A stretch of 64,000 nucleotides of DNA, taken from contig NZ_JAYWCU010000173.1 of NCBI RefSeq assembly GCF_043780375.1, positions 548 through 64,547 on the forward strand. The letters are read 5' to 3'. This stretch comes from Emticicia sp. (lineage in GTDB: Bacteria; Bacteroidota; Bacteroidia; Cytophagales; Spirosomataceae). The notes under the pieces are model-generated. The model did not search any database and was not told where the DNA came from. It saw only the letters and a list, made by a program, of their open reading frames with translations. A program made the translations under genes and the position numbers. This document shows, one piece after another, positions 8,768 through 18,530 of this stretch (position 1 is its first letter; every line of letters starts with the position of its first letter).

Positions 8768-9709
8768 ATGAAAATTGCCGTTGATGTTATGGGGGGCGAT
8801 TTTGCTCCCAAAGCCATCGTCGAAGGTGCTGTCATAGCTGCTAATCAATTGCCAGAAGGAGTTAAACTGGTATTGATTGGTAAACAAAGTATAATGCTTG
8901 ATATTTTGCGAACGCTGAAATATCCTGCTCATGCTATTGAAATGGTCAATGCTGATGATGTCATCGAGATGGGTGAACATCCTACACGGGCGTTTTCTCA
9001 AAAACCCAATTCCAGCATTGGAGTTGGGTTTAAACTTTTAAAGGAAAAGCAAGTTGATGCTTTTTGTAGTGCTGGTAATACTGGTGCTATGATGGTCGGC
9101 TCGCTTTTTACTGTAAAAACCGTTGGAAACATCCAACGTCCACCCATTGCGGGTTTCCTTCCTTTGAAAAATGGCGGTTATAGCCTAATGCTTGACATTG
9201 GTGCTAATGCCAACTGTAAACCAGAAGTTCTTGCCGAATTTGCCGAATTAGGTTCACTTTATTCTAAATTTGCCTTTGGTATTGACCACCCGAAAGTTGC
9301 TTTACTAAATATTGGTGAAGAAGAACAAAAGGGCTCTACCGTGGTGCAGGCTGCCTACCAATTATTAAAAATCAACAAAAAATTAAACTTTATTGGAAAT
9401 GTTGAAGGTCGTGATTTATTTGATGGTAAAGCTGACGTAATCATTACCGAAGGGTTTACTGGGAATGTGATTTTTAAAATGGGTGAATCATTTTATGATT
9501 ATACTGCTTCAAAAGGCATCAAAGACCCTTTGATTGATCGCATGAACTATGAAGTTGGTGGTGGTAGCCCAATCATCGGTATTAAAGGAAATGTGATTGT
9601 AGCACACGGTATTTCTTCACCTGAAGCTATCAAAAACATGATTTATTTGGCAAAACGTCAGATTGAATCAAGAGTAACTGAGCAAATAATCGAAGCTTAT
9701 GAAGATTAA
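8768..9709 (+). CDS. plsX: Phosphate acyltransferase
   Basis: MKIAVDVMGGDFAP, SAGNTGA, LDIGAN, LLNIGEEEQKG, FIGNVEGRD. Start moved to the ATG at 8768. Confidence 0.95.
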   Translation: MKIAVDVMGGDFAPKAIVEGAVIAANQLPEGVKLVLIGKQSIMLDILRTLKYPAHAIEMVNADDVIEMGEHPTRAFSQKPNSSIGVGFKLLKEKQVDAFCSAGNTGAMMVGSLFTVKTVGNIQRPPIAGFLPLKNGGYSLMLDIGANANCKPEVLAEFAELGSLYSKFAFGIDHPKVALLNIGEEEQKGSTVVQAAYQLLKINKKLNFIGNVEGRDLFDGKADVIITEGFTGNVIFKMGESFYDYTASKGIKDPLIDRMNYEVGGGSPIIGIKGNVIVAHGISSPEAIKNMIYLAKRQIESRVTEQIIEAYED

Positions 9710-9823
9710 TATCTAGTCTTCAATATTACAGGCTTCATTATTCTACAAACTGACGACCATCAGTTTATAGACAGATAAACCTAAATTAATTAGGAGGTCA
9801 GACTTTTCTTAACCAAACTATAA

Positions 9824-10810
9824 ATGAAACTAAAAGCAGCCATCACAGGCGTTCATGGCTATGTGCCAGAAGATATTTTGACCAATGAAGATTTAGCGAA
9901 ATTGGTAGATACTAACGACGAGTGGATTGTTACTCGAACAGGTATTAAAGAACGCCATATTCAACGAGGTGACGGTTTAGCTACTTCTCACATGGCATCT
10001 GAAGCTGTAAAAGGATTGCTCGAAAAAACAGGTACTGACCCAAAAGATATAGATTTAGTCATTTGTGCAACGGTTACGCCCGACTATATGTTTCCTTCTA
10101 CTGCCAATTTGGTTTGTACCCAATGTGGTATTCCAACTATTGGTAGTTTTGATATTTTGGCTGCTTGCTCAGGTTTTTTATATGCTTTATCGGTTGGTTC
10201 TCAGTTCATTGAGTCTGGAAGATACAAAAAAGTAATCGTAATTGGTGCCGATAAAATGTCGGCAATTGTAGATTACACCGACCGTACCACTTGCGTACTT
10301 TTTGGTGATGGTGCAGGAGCAGTATTACTTGAGCCAACTACTGAAGATCAAGGTTTAATAGATTTCATACTTCGCTCTGACGGAACAGGAGAAAACCACT
10401 TGATTATGAAAGGTGGTGGAAGCCGTTTTCCTGCAAGCCACGAAACAGTTGAAAATAGATGGCATAATATTCACCAAGAAGGCCCATCGGTATTCAAGTT
10501 TGCTGTAACAAATATGGCAAATGTATCTGCCGAAATAATGGAAAAAAATAATTTGACGGGTGATGACATTGCTTGGTTAGTGCCTCATCAAGCCAACAAA
10601 AGAATCATTGATGCAACGGCTCGCCGCATGAATATTGGAGATGACAAAGTAATGCTTAATATACAAACCTATGGCAATACTACTGCCGCAACTATTCCGC
10701 TTTGTTTGTTTGACTACGAAAAACAAATAAAAAAGGGCGATAATTTGATTTTAGCAGCCTTTGGTGGAGGTTTTACTTGGGGAGCAGCTTATGTAAAATG
10801 GGCGTATTAA
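9824..10810 (+). CDS. fabH: 3-oxoacyl-ACP synthase III
   Basis: Catalytic Cys (AACSGF), His (PHQAN) and Asn (YGNTTAA). Confidence 0.97.
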   Translation: MKLKAAITGVHGYVPEDILTNEDLAKLVDTNDEWIVTRTGIKERHIQRGDGLATSHMASEAVKGLLEKTGTDPKDIDLVICATVTPDYMFPSTANLVCTQCGIPTIGSFDILAACSGFLYALSVGSQFIESGRYKKVIVIGADKMSAIVDYTDRTTCVLFGDGAGAVLLEPTTEDQGLIDFILRSDGTGENHLIMKGGGSRFPASHETVENRWHNIHQEGPSVFKFAVTNMANVSAEIMEKNNLTGDDIAWLVPHQANKRIIDATARRMNIGDDKVMLNIQTYGNTTAATIPLCLFDYEKQIKKGDNLILAAFGGGFTWGAAYVKWAY

Positions 10811-10928
10811 TTTAATGAGTGAATGATTGAAGGGGGAGAATGTGTAACTTTTTTAAATAAAATATACTAACTTCATTCCAAATCTATCTACTATCAAATA
10901 TTTACGAATAAAAAAATAAGAATTAGTA

Positions 10929-11501
10929 ATGGCAAATACAGCAGATTTTAGAAATGGTCTTTGTTTAGATTGGAACGGCGACCTTTATACGATTACAGAT
11001 TTTCAACACGTAAAGCCAGGAAAAGGCCCCGCTTTCGTTAGAACAAAGCTAAGAAATATCCGAACAGGAAGAGTGATTGATAATACCTTTAACGCTGGCG
11101 TAACTGTGGTTACAGCACGTATCGAAAAAAGAGAATATCAATTTCTTTATAAAGATGAATCGGGCTATAATTTCATGGAAAACGAAAATTTTGAGCAGTT
11201 TAATCTTGACGAAAAATTAGTTCCGCAAGCCGATTTGATGAAAGACGGACAATTAGTTTCAGTATTGGTTCATGCCGAAACAGAAACTGTTTTGAGCGTA
11301 GAATTACCTCAATATGTTGAGCTTCGTGTTACTTATACAGAGCCGGGTTTGAAAGGCGATACTAGTAATAATCCAATGAAACCTGCAACTGTTGAAACAG
11401 GTGCAACAATTAAAGTGCCTCTTTTTATCGAAAATGATGAATTAATTAAAGTTAATACGCTTACTTACGAATACGATGCCAGAGTAAAAGAAGGCAGGTA
11501 A
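10929..11501 (+). CDS. efp: Elongation factor P
   Basis: [28 protein letters not shown]. Confidence 0.98.
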   Translation: MANTADFRNGLCLDWNGDLYTITDFQHVKPGKGPAFVRTKLRNIRTGRVIDNTFNAGVTVVTARIEKREYQFLYKDESGYNFMENENFEQFNLDEKLVPQADLMKDGQLVSVLVHAETETVLSVELPQYVELRVTYTEPGLKGDTSNNPMKPATVETGATIKVPLFIENDELIKVNTLTYEYDARVKEGR

Positions 11502-11627
11502 TTAAAGCCATTTTAAAGACGATAACTTTTTGAGTTCGAAAAACAGAATTTAGAGTATGGAATTTTATCAATTCCAAAATCATATCTTCACCTTTTCAAA
11601 TTTCTTTGCAGCTATCGTCTTTCTTTT

Positions 11628-11635
11628 TACATTTG
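11628..11635 (+). promoter_or_regulatory. -7 promoter element of accB
   Basis: TACATTTG, 40 nt before the ATG. Confidence 0.6.
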
Positions 11636-11675
11636 CAAACCAAATACTTAAAACCACGAATAACCTCTACCCTTC

Positions 11676-12152
11676 ATGGAAACAAAAGACATTCAGAAAT
11701 TAATAGATTTTATCTCTCAGTCTGGCTTAGACGAAGTAAATATCGAAACTTCAGAGCTAAAATTGGCTATCAAAAGATATTCAAATGCTGTACCTGTCGC
11801 AGTTCAAACACAGCCGAGTTTTATTGCACCAGCTCCAGCAATGGCTACCCCAACTGCACCACAAGTAGCGGCTGCTCCAATTATAGCTGCTCCAGTTGCC
11901 GAAGCAAGCAATTTGATTACCATAAAATCACCAATGATAGGCACTTTCTATCGTTCGACAGGTCCAGATAAACCCAACTTTGCCGACATTGGCAGTGATA
12001 TTGAAATAGGAAAAGTAGTTTGTATCATTGAAGCAATGAAGCTTTTCAACGAAATAGAATCAGAAATATCTGGTAAAATCGTGAAGATTTTGGTTGAAAA
12101 TGCAACTCCCGTTGAGTTTGACCAGCCTTTATTCTTGGTTGAACCAGTTTAA
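11676..12152 (+). CDS. accB: Biotin carboxyl carrier protein
   Basis: Ala/Pro linker, IKSPMIGTFY, biotinylation motif EAMKLFNEI. Confidence 0.97.
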   Translation: METKDIQKLIDFISQSGLDEVNIETSELKLAIKRYSNAVPVAVQTQPSFIAPAPAMATPTAPQVAAAPIIAAPVAEASNLITIKSPMIGTFYRSTGPDKPNFADIGSDIEIGKVVCIIEAMKLFNEIESEISGKIVKILVENATPVEFDQPLFLVEPV

Positions 12153-12166
12153 AAATTCATACGCTC

Positions 12167-12712
12167 ATGGCATCTGTTCATTATCCTCGCACATTTCAAG
12201 GATTCCTTAACTGGAAACCCGAAACTCGCTATAAATACGAGTGGAATAAAGGGAAAATTGAAAAAACTGACAAAATGAAACAATTAGAATTCTTTATTTT
12301 AAAGGCACTTAGCCGCCTTTTCGTAAAGACAAATGCTTATCAAAATGGTGCAGAACTTCTTACAGAAGGTGATGTTTTAACTTCTTCTGAACAATTGAGA
12401 AGACCCGATTTGGCTTATTATACAGAAAGCCAGATTATTGAAACAACCAAGGGTATCAATCAAGTACCAACGTTTGTTATTGAAATTATTTCTCCGAGCG
12501 ATAATCAGAATAAAATTTTAGAAAAAAATCAAGAATACTTTTTAGCGGGAGTACAGCTTATTTGGCTAATTATGCCTAACCTTAAACAAGTTCATATTTA
12601 TTCGTCACCAAAAAAAGTACATATTTGCACAGATGATGATATTTGTTCGGCAAAACCCGTTCTTCCTGATTTTGAAATAAGTGTGAATAATTTGCTTACA
12701 TTTCCGAGTTAA
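12167..12712 (+). CDS. Uma2/DUF820 family PD-(D/E)xK endonuclease-like protein
   Basis: KYEWNKGKI, RRPDLAY, PTFVIEIISPSD, YFLAGVQLIWLIMP. Confidence 0.85.
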   Translation: MASVHYPRTFQGFLNWKPETRYKYEWNKGKIEKTDKMKQLEFFILKALSRLFVKTNAYQNGAELLTEGDVLTSSEQLRRPDLAYYTESQIIETTKGINQVPTFVIEIISPSDNQNKILEKNQEYFLAGVQLIWLIMPNLKQVHIYSSPKKVHICTDDDICSAKPVLPDFEISVNNLLTFPS

Positions 12713-12757
12713 AGTATATCAATTAATATTGATTATTTTATTGCAAACCTAAAACCT

Positions 12758-14101
12758 ATGTTCAAAAAAATATTAATAGCCAACCGAGGCGAAATCGCCC
12801 TCCGAATTATCAGAACTTGCCGCGAAATGGGCATCAAAACAGTAGCCGTTTATTCAACTGCCGATCGTGAAAGTCTGCACGTAAGATTTGCCGATGAAGC
12901 TGTTTGTATCGGACCTGCAGCCAGTCGTCAGTCATATTTGAGTATTCCGAATATCATTTCAGCAGCTGAAATAACCAATGCCGATGCCATTCACCCAGGG
13001 TATGGTTTTTTGTCAGAAAATGCTGAATTTTCACGAATTTGTGCCGAATATGGTATCAAATTTATCGGAGCAACCGCCGAACAAATCAACTACATGGGAG
13101 ATAAAGCTACGGCAAAAGCAACTATGAGAGATTCGGGCGTACCCATTATTCCAGGTTCAGACGGTTTACTCGAATCGGTTGAAGAGGGCATCAAACTTTC
13201 GGAAGAAATGGGTTATCCTGTTATTGTGAAAGCAACGGCGGGCGGTGGTGGACGTGGTATGAGAATCATTCATAAAGCAGAAGAATTTCAGAAAGCTTGG
13301 GACGATGCCAAAATGGAATCGGGTGCGGCTTTTGGAAACGATGGTTTATACTTAGAAAAATTTATTGAAGAGCCTCGTCACATCGAAATTCAAATTGTGG
13401 GTGACCAGTATGGTAAAGTTTGCCACCTTTCGGAGCGTGATTGCTCGATTCAACGCAGACACCAAAAATTACTTGAAGAAACTCCTTCACCAGTAGTAAC
13501 ACAAGAATTACGTGAGCAAATGGGCGAAGCTGCCATTAAAGGTGCGGCTGCCATTGGTTATGAAGGTGCAGGAACAATTGAGTTTTTGGTTGACAAACAC
13601 GGCAAGTTCTATTTCATGGAAATGAATACCCGTATTCAGGTTGAACATCCTATTACGGAAGAAGTTACTGATTTTGACTTGATTAAAGAACAAATAAAAG
13701 TAGCGGCTGGCGTACCAATTTCGGGCAAAAATTACTTTCCAAAATTATTTGCCATGGAATGCCGTATCAATGCCGAAGACCCTAAGAATAATTTCCGACC
13801 TTCGCCAGGCAAAATTACTAATCTCCATTTCCCAGGCGGACACGGTGTCAGAATTGATAGCCACGTTTATGCAGGATATACAATTCCGTCAAACTATGAT
13901 TCGATGATTGCCAAGTTAATTGTAACTGGGCAATCGAGAGCAGAAGTGCTTACACGAATGAAACGTGCTTTGCAGGAATTTGTGATTGAAGGTGTAAAAA
14001 CTACGATTCCGTTCCATATCAAATTGATGGATGACGAAGTTTTCAAATCTGGCTTATTTACAACAGCTTTTTTAGATACATTTGATTTTAGTGATTTATA
14101 A
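12758..14101 (+). CDS. accC: Biotin carboxylase
   Basis: [49 protein letters not shown]. Confidence 0.98.
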   Translation: MFKKILIANRGEIALRIIRTCREMGIKTVAVYSTADRESLHVRFADEAVCIGPAASRQSYLSIPNIISAAEITNADAIHPGYGFLSENAEFSRICAEYGIKFIGATAEQINYMGDKATAKATMRDSGVPIIPGSDGLLESVEEGIKLSEEMGYPVIVKATAGGGGRGMRIIHKAEEFQKAWDDAKMESGAAFGNDGLYLEKFIEEPRHIEIQIVGDQYGKVCHLSERDCSIQRRHQKLLEETPSPVVTQELREQMGEAAIKGAAAIGYEGAGTIEFLVDKHGKFYFMEMNTRIQVEHPITEEVTDFDLIKEQIKVAAGVPISGKNYFPKLFAMECRINAEDPKNNFRPSPGKITNLHFPGGHGVRIDSHVYAGYTIPSNYDSMIAKLIVTGQSRAEVLTRMKRALQEFVIEGVKTTIPFHIKLMDDEVFKSGLFTTAFLDTFDFSDL

Positions 14102-14136
14102 AAAGTAGTTAATTGCCGACAGTCAACAGATTTTAT

Positions 14137-14162
14137 AAAAAGCTCCCTAACAGGAGCTTTTT
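14137..14162. terminator. Bidirectional terminator between accC and the TSUP gene
   Basis: aaaaagctcc-ctaaca-ggagcttttt. Confidence 0.8.
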
Positions 14163-14167
14163 TAGTT

Positions 14168-14935
14168 TCAATACATCTTCCAAATATCATAACCAAACCT
14201 CAGAATTAGCCCAAAAACTACTACCAAAAAGAGAATTCTGATAAAGCCATTTCCACGTAAAAGTGCCATCCGACTACCAATGTAAGAGCCAGCCATATTA
14301 AAAAGCATCATTGGTAATGCTACTTCAAAAACCACAAATCCTTTACTTACAAAGAAAATTAGCGAACAAATATCAGCAATGACATTGACCACTTTTGAAA
14401 TAGCCGAAGCCGTCAAGAAGTTATAGCCAATGATACTTACAAAGCCAAAAACCAATAAACTACCAGTTCCTGGCCCTACAAAGCCATTGTAAAAACCCGT
14501 TGTCATGCCAATTAACAAACCATAAAGAGGAATTTTACTCAACTCAAAACGATGTTTTTCTTCATGACCTAAATCCTTTTTACGATAAGTATAAATCGCA
14601 ATCAAGGTCATTAAGATCAAAATCGTTGGTTTCAAGATTCGTTCGCTCATCAAACTCGACATCAAAGCTCCTAAATATGACATAATTCCCGCCCCAATTC
14701 CTGCATAAAGAACGGTTTTGAGTGGGATTTTAACTTTTTTAGAATATTGATAGCCCGCAACGGCCGTTCCCATAAATGAAGCAAAACGATTCGTTCCGAT
14801 GATTTGTGGAACCGAATAACTCGGAAATAAAATGAATAATGCAGGGGCTTGTACTAAACCGCCACCGCCAACAATAGAATCAACAAAGCCTGCTAAAAAA
14901 GCAGCAAGACAAGCAAAAAAAGTAATTGTAACCAA
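14168..14935 (-). CDS. TSUP (TauE/SafE) family permease
   Basis: AGFVDSIVGGGGL, GFYNGFVGPGTG, about 8 TM segments; TTG start. Confidence 0.88.
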   Translation of the reverse strand: MVTITFFACLAAFLAGFVDSIVGGGGLVQAPALFILFPSYSVPQIIGTNRFASFMGTAVAGYQYSKKVKIPLKTVLYAGIGAGIMSYLGALMSSLMSERILKPTILILMTLIAIYTYRKKDLGHEEKHRFELSKIPLYGLLIGMTTGFYNGFVGPGTGSLLVFGFVSIIGYNFLTASAISKVVNVIADICSLIFFVSKGFVVFEVALPMMLFNMAGSYIGSRMALLRGNGFIRILFLVVVFGLILRFGYDIWKMY

Positions 14936-14999
14936 GAGAATTTTAATTGAAAATGAAAAATAAGACGTTTGATTTATAAAAAATACAATCTCGTGGTTT

Positions 15000-15557
15000 T
15001 CAAACTGTTTTATATTTTTTTATGCGTTTGGGGTTATACCAAAGCCAAAAACCACTAAAAGAAAGCAAAATTAAACTTAAAGAAACAATTGTGGTATAAA
15101 AAAGCTTTATTTCATCATTTTTAGTATTCACCCAAAAATCCAAAATAGAACCATCATGAATTTTTTCAATAATATCAGAATTTCGTCTTGAAACCGACAT
15201 AATTTTACCTGATGTACAGTCAACCTGTAATTCGGTAAAATGTTCGGTAAAAACAATTTTTGCAACGCCTTTTTGTGGTCTTACATCAATTCTATCTATT
15301 TCGCTTGATAATTTTAGGCTGTCTTCGGCAAATTGCTTGGCAGTGTGCTGAATATTATCAAGCGAAAGCCATGTGGCTGATTCATTATTTGTCCCTTTTT
15401 TAGTGCTTGGCAGCAAACCTATATTTTTTTTCCATCCTAAAAGCAAGCCTGTTGCTCCAATAAGAAACATAAATACAAACAAAGGAACAGCAATCCATTT
15501 ATGAAGTTTTCGGTAAAATCGGGTATTCTTGGCTATTTTTTCTGTTTGTACTGACAA
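15000..15557 (-). CDS. PepSY-associated TM-helix protein
   Basis: YRKLHKWIAV...GATGLLL and IEKIHDGS...LSFSGFWLW motifs; two TM helices; TTG start. Confidence 0.75.
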   Translation of the reverse strand: MSVQTEKIAKNTRFYRKLHKWIAVPLFVFMFLIGATGLLLGWKKNIGLLPSTKKGTNNESATWLSLDNIQHTAKQFAEDSLKLSSEIDRIDVRPQKGVAKIVFTEHFTELQVDCTSGKIMSVSRRNSDIIEKIHDGSILDFWVNTKNDEIKLFYTTIVSLSLILLSFSGFWLWYNPKRIKKYKTV

Positions 15558-15586
15558 TGTAATATTGTTTATTTAAAAAATCATTT

Positions 15587-17686
15587 TTATATTCTCTCAA
15601 CCTTTACTGCCACATTATTAAAAGCAGCATTGCCCGTCAATTCGTCCAAAACTAACTCGTCGGTCAAATCATTGATGCTCACTCCTGCGTGTTGGATTGC
15701 AATATCAAGTTGCACACCTTTTCGGGCATGCCCGTAGCCGTGCGGCATACTCACAACTCCTTGCATCATGTGGTCAGTAATTTCGATAGGAAGCTCAATA
15801 GTGCCAACTCTCGATGTAACTTTCACTGAAGAATTTGCTTCAAGACTCAACTTTTTTGCATCTTCCGAATGAATCATTAGCGTACAACGATTACGACCTT
15901 TTACCAATCTTTCCGAATTGTGCATCCAAGAATTATTGTCTCTCAAATGTCTTCTTCCGATTAACAAAAATTCAAAACCATTTTGTAAGTCACTCATATT
16001 CAACGACTTACGCAATCTTTCAATATCTTTTACCAAAATTTCGGGAGCAAGGTTAATTCTTTTTTCTGACGTAAAAAGTCGGTTAGGCAAGCACGACTTT
16101 AAAGCACCCAAATCAATTCCATGCGGATTTTCTCTGAGTTTTTGGAGTGAAAGTCCATAAGGTCCGAATTGCAAACCTAAGTCTAATTTTATTTCAGGAG
16201 CTTCTGAAACAAAACCTTCGTTGCTCAAATTCGGTTGATTCATGCGATAAGCTAATTCTTGATAAATTTCCCAATCGTATTTTGCCCCTTCAGTTTTCGG
16301 GAAAAGTGCTTCCGAAAATTTGGCTGTATTTCGAACCGCCAAAACGTGAAAAGTCATGTCGTAATGTGGCACTTCCAAACCAGTAGCGGGCGGCAAAATA
16401 ATATTGGCATATTTGGTGCTTTCATTAATGTAAATATCAATCGCAACCATGTATTCTAAAGTTTCAAAAGCTTTATCAAGTTGCCCGCCATTGGGTGTAG
16501 ACAAAATCGGATTTCCGCAACTGGTAATCAAGCATTTTATCTGATTTTCGCCTTCGGTCAAAATTTCTTCGGCGAGCGTTGCCACGGGCAATTCACCTAA
16601 AAACTCGGGCAAACCCCTTACCCTACTTTGCCAACGATTGAAACGATTATCGGTTTTAGCTCTTGCCAGAAAATCAACGGCAGGAGCAGTAAACATCGCT
16701 CCGCCAGTACGGTCAAGATTTCCAGTTAGCACATTTATCGCATTGATAAGCCACTGAGCAATACTGCCAAAAGTCTGTACCGATACCCCCACCCTTCCGT
16801 AACAAACGGCAGTTTTGGCATTGACAAAATCATGTGTAAGTTGACGAATATTTTCAGCCGAAATGCCTGTTTGTTTCTCAATTTTTTCGGGTGTAAACTC
16901 AGAAGAGATTGTCTTTAAAAGCTCAACTCCATCTGTAAAATCACTTAATCTGCTTAAATTCACTAAGTTTTCGGCAAAAAGTGTTTGAATTATTGCCAGA
17001 AGCAAAAAGGCATCTGTTCCTGGACGAATAAAGAAATGTTGGTCGGCTTTGGCAGCAGTTTCTGTTAATCGTGGGTCAATCACAACAACTTTTCCACCTC
17101 GTTTTTGAATGGCTTTTAAGCGATTTGCTACGTCTGGCACCGACATTATACTGCCATTGGAAGCAATCGGATTGCCGCCAATAATGAGCATATAATCTGT
17201 AAAATCAATATCAGGGATCGGCATCAACATTGGGTGTCCGAACATTTGCCAAGCAGCAAAATGATGCGGTAATTGGTCAGCAGATGTTGCTGAAAAAAGG
17301 CTTTTTGTATGTAATGATTTAGCAAAAAGCGGTGAGTTCATGGTAGTTCCCAAATTATGAATCGAAGGGTTTCCTTGGTACATCGCCACGGCATTTTTGC
17401 TATTTTTTGATTGAATTTCTTTGATTTTACTCACAACTTCTTCAAAAGCAGCTTCCCAAGAAATCTGTTGCCAGCCATTTTCAGTACGCTTTACAGGCAA
17501 TTTGAGGCGATTTGGGTCTTCATAAATATCTTTCAGAGCAACGGCTTTCGGACAAATATGTCCACGACTAAAAGGGTCGTTTTTATCGCCTTCTATTTTT
17601 ATTACAACGCCATTTTCTACTTTTATTTCGAGTCCACACATGGCTTCGCAGAGGTTGCAAGTACGGAAATGTGTCAAGTTTTCCAT
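15587..17686 (-). CDS. Molybdopterin (bis-MGD) oxidoreductase of an uncharacterised subfamily
   Basis: N-terminal 4Fe-4S motif TCNLCEAMC...ICPKA, DPNRLKLP, VIDPRLTETA, GRRHLRDNNSWMHN, MPHGYGH; no Tat signal. Confidence 0.9.
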   Translation of the reverse strand: MENLTHFRTCNLCEAMCGLEIKVENGVVIKIEGDKNDPFSRGHICPKAVALKDIYEDPNRLKLPVKRTENGWQQISWEAAFEEVVSKIKEIQSKNSKNAVAMYQGNPSIHNLGTTMNSPLFAKSLHTKSLFSATSADQLPHHFAAWQMFGHPMLMPIPDIDFTDYMLIIGGNPIASNGSIMSVPDVANRLKAIQKRGGKVVVIDPRLTETAAKADQHFFIRPGTDAFLLLAIIQTLFAENLVNLSRLSDFTDGVELLKTISSEFTPEKIEKQTGISAENIRQLTHDFVNAKTAVCYGRVGVSVQTFGSIAQWLINAINVLTGNLDRTGGAMFTAPAVDFLARAKTDNRFNRWQSRVRGLPEFLGELPVATLAEEILTEGENQIKCLITSCGNPILSTPNGGQLDKAFETLEYMVAIDIYINESTKYANIILPPATGLEVPHYDMTFHVLAVRNTAKFSEALFPKTEGAKYDWEIYQELAYRMNQPNLSNEGFVSEAPEIKLDLGLQFGPYGLSLQKLRENPHGIDLGALKSCLPNRLFTSEKRINLAPEILVKDIERLRKSLNMSDLQNGFEFLLIGRRHLRDNNSWMHNSERLVKGRNRCTLMIHSEDAKKLSLEANSSVKVTSRVGTIELPIEITDHMMQGVVSMPHGYGHARKGVQLDIAIQHAGVSINDLTDELVLDELTGNAAFNNVAVKVERI

Positions 17687-17771
17687 TATAAATTTTTAGT
17701 GTTGAATATTGAGGTAAGCAAGTTAGGTGTTTTTTAGGGAATACTTTTCACATAAGATAAGAAATTATGTT

Positions 17772-17779
17772 TAAATTTG
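17772..17779 (+). promoter_or_regulatory. -7 promoter element of the sprT-like gene
   Basis: TAAATTTG, 30 nt before the ATG. Confidence 0.6.
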
Positions 17780-17809
17780 AACATAATTTTTGTCCTTTTC
17801 TCGTAATTT

Positions 17810-18505
17810 ATGTCTCTTTCAAATTTCTTTAAAAAAGTTCAAAAAGTTATAGAGGCAAATCCTGCGGTATTTAACCTCGACCCACCAACGCCCGCTATTG
17901 TAAAAAAAATGCAGGAGATTTTGGAAAAACACGTACCAGAAACTGCCGTAGAATATTGTTTCAAATTATGGCAATCACAGCCCTTTTCATTCAAGATTTC
18001 TCGTACTCGTAGCAGTTGTTTCGGAAATTATACTTTTCGTGACGGACAGCACAAAATCACCGTTAATCATGACCTACATCATTATGCTTTTTTGATAACG
18101 TATATACACGAAATTGCTCACCAAAGAGCTTGGCTCGACAAAAGCAGGCGTAAAATTGAGCCTCACGGCAAAGAATGGAAAAAAAAATTTCAGGATTTGA
18201 TGACACCAATCCTCAATTTAAACGTTTTTCCTGAGAAGGTACTCATTCCCTTGAGTCAATATATGCAAAACCCTGCCGCCTCGTCGGTGAGTTATGCCCC
18301 TTTATTTGAGGCGTTGCGGAGTTTTGATGTGAAAGAAGAGAATGAAGTGTCTTTGGCAGAACTTACTGACAATCAATGGTTTATGTTTAGAAACAACGTT
18401 TTTCAGAAATTAGAAATACGCCGCACGAGGGTTTTGTGTTTGGAAAAAAAATCTAAAAAACGATATACTATTTTAGCAACGGCAAGGGTAAAGCTTATTC
18501 AGTAA
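17810..18505 (+). CDS. SprT-like zinc metalloprotease
   Basis: TYIHEIAH (HExxH) and PHGKEWK. Confidence 0.88.
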   Translation: MSLSNFFKKVQKVIEANPAVFNLDPPTPAIVKKMQEILEKHVPETAVEYCFKLWQSQPFSFKISRTRSSCFGNYTFRDGQHKITVNHDLHHYAFLITYIHEIAHQRAWLDKSRRKIEPHGKEWKKKFQDLMTPILNLNVFPEKVLIPLSQYMQNPAASSVSYAPLFEALRSFDVKEENEVSLAELTDNQWFMFRNNVFQKLEIRRTRVLCLEKKSKKRYTILATARVKLIQ

Positions 18506-18530
18506 ACAGTTATTAGTCAAAAATCAGCAT

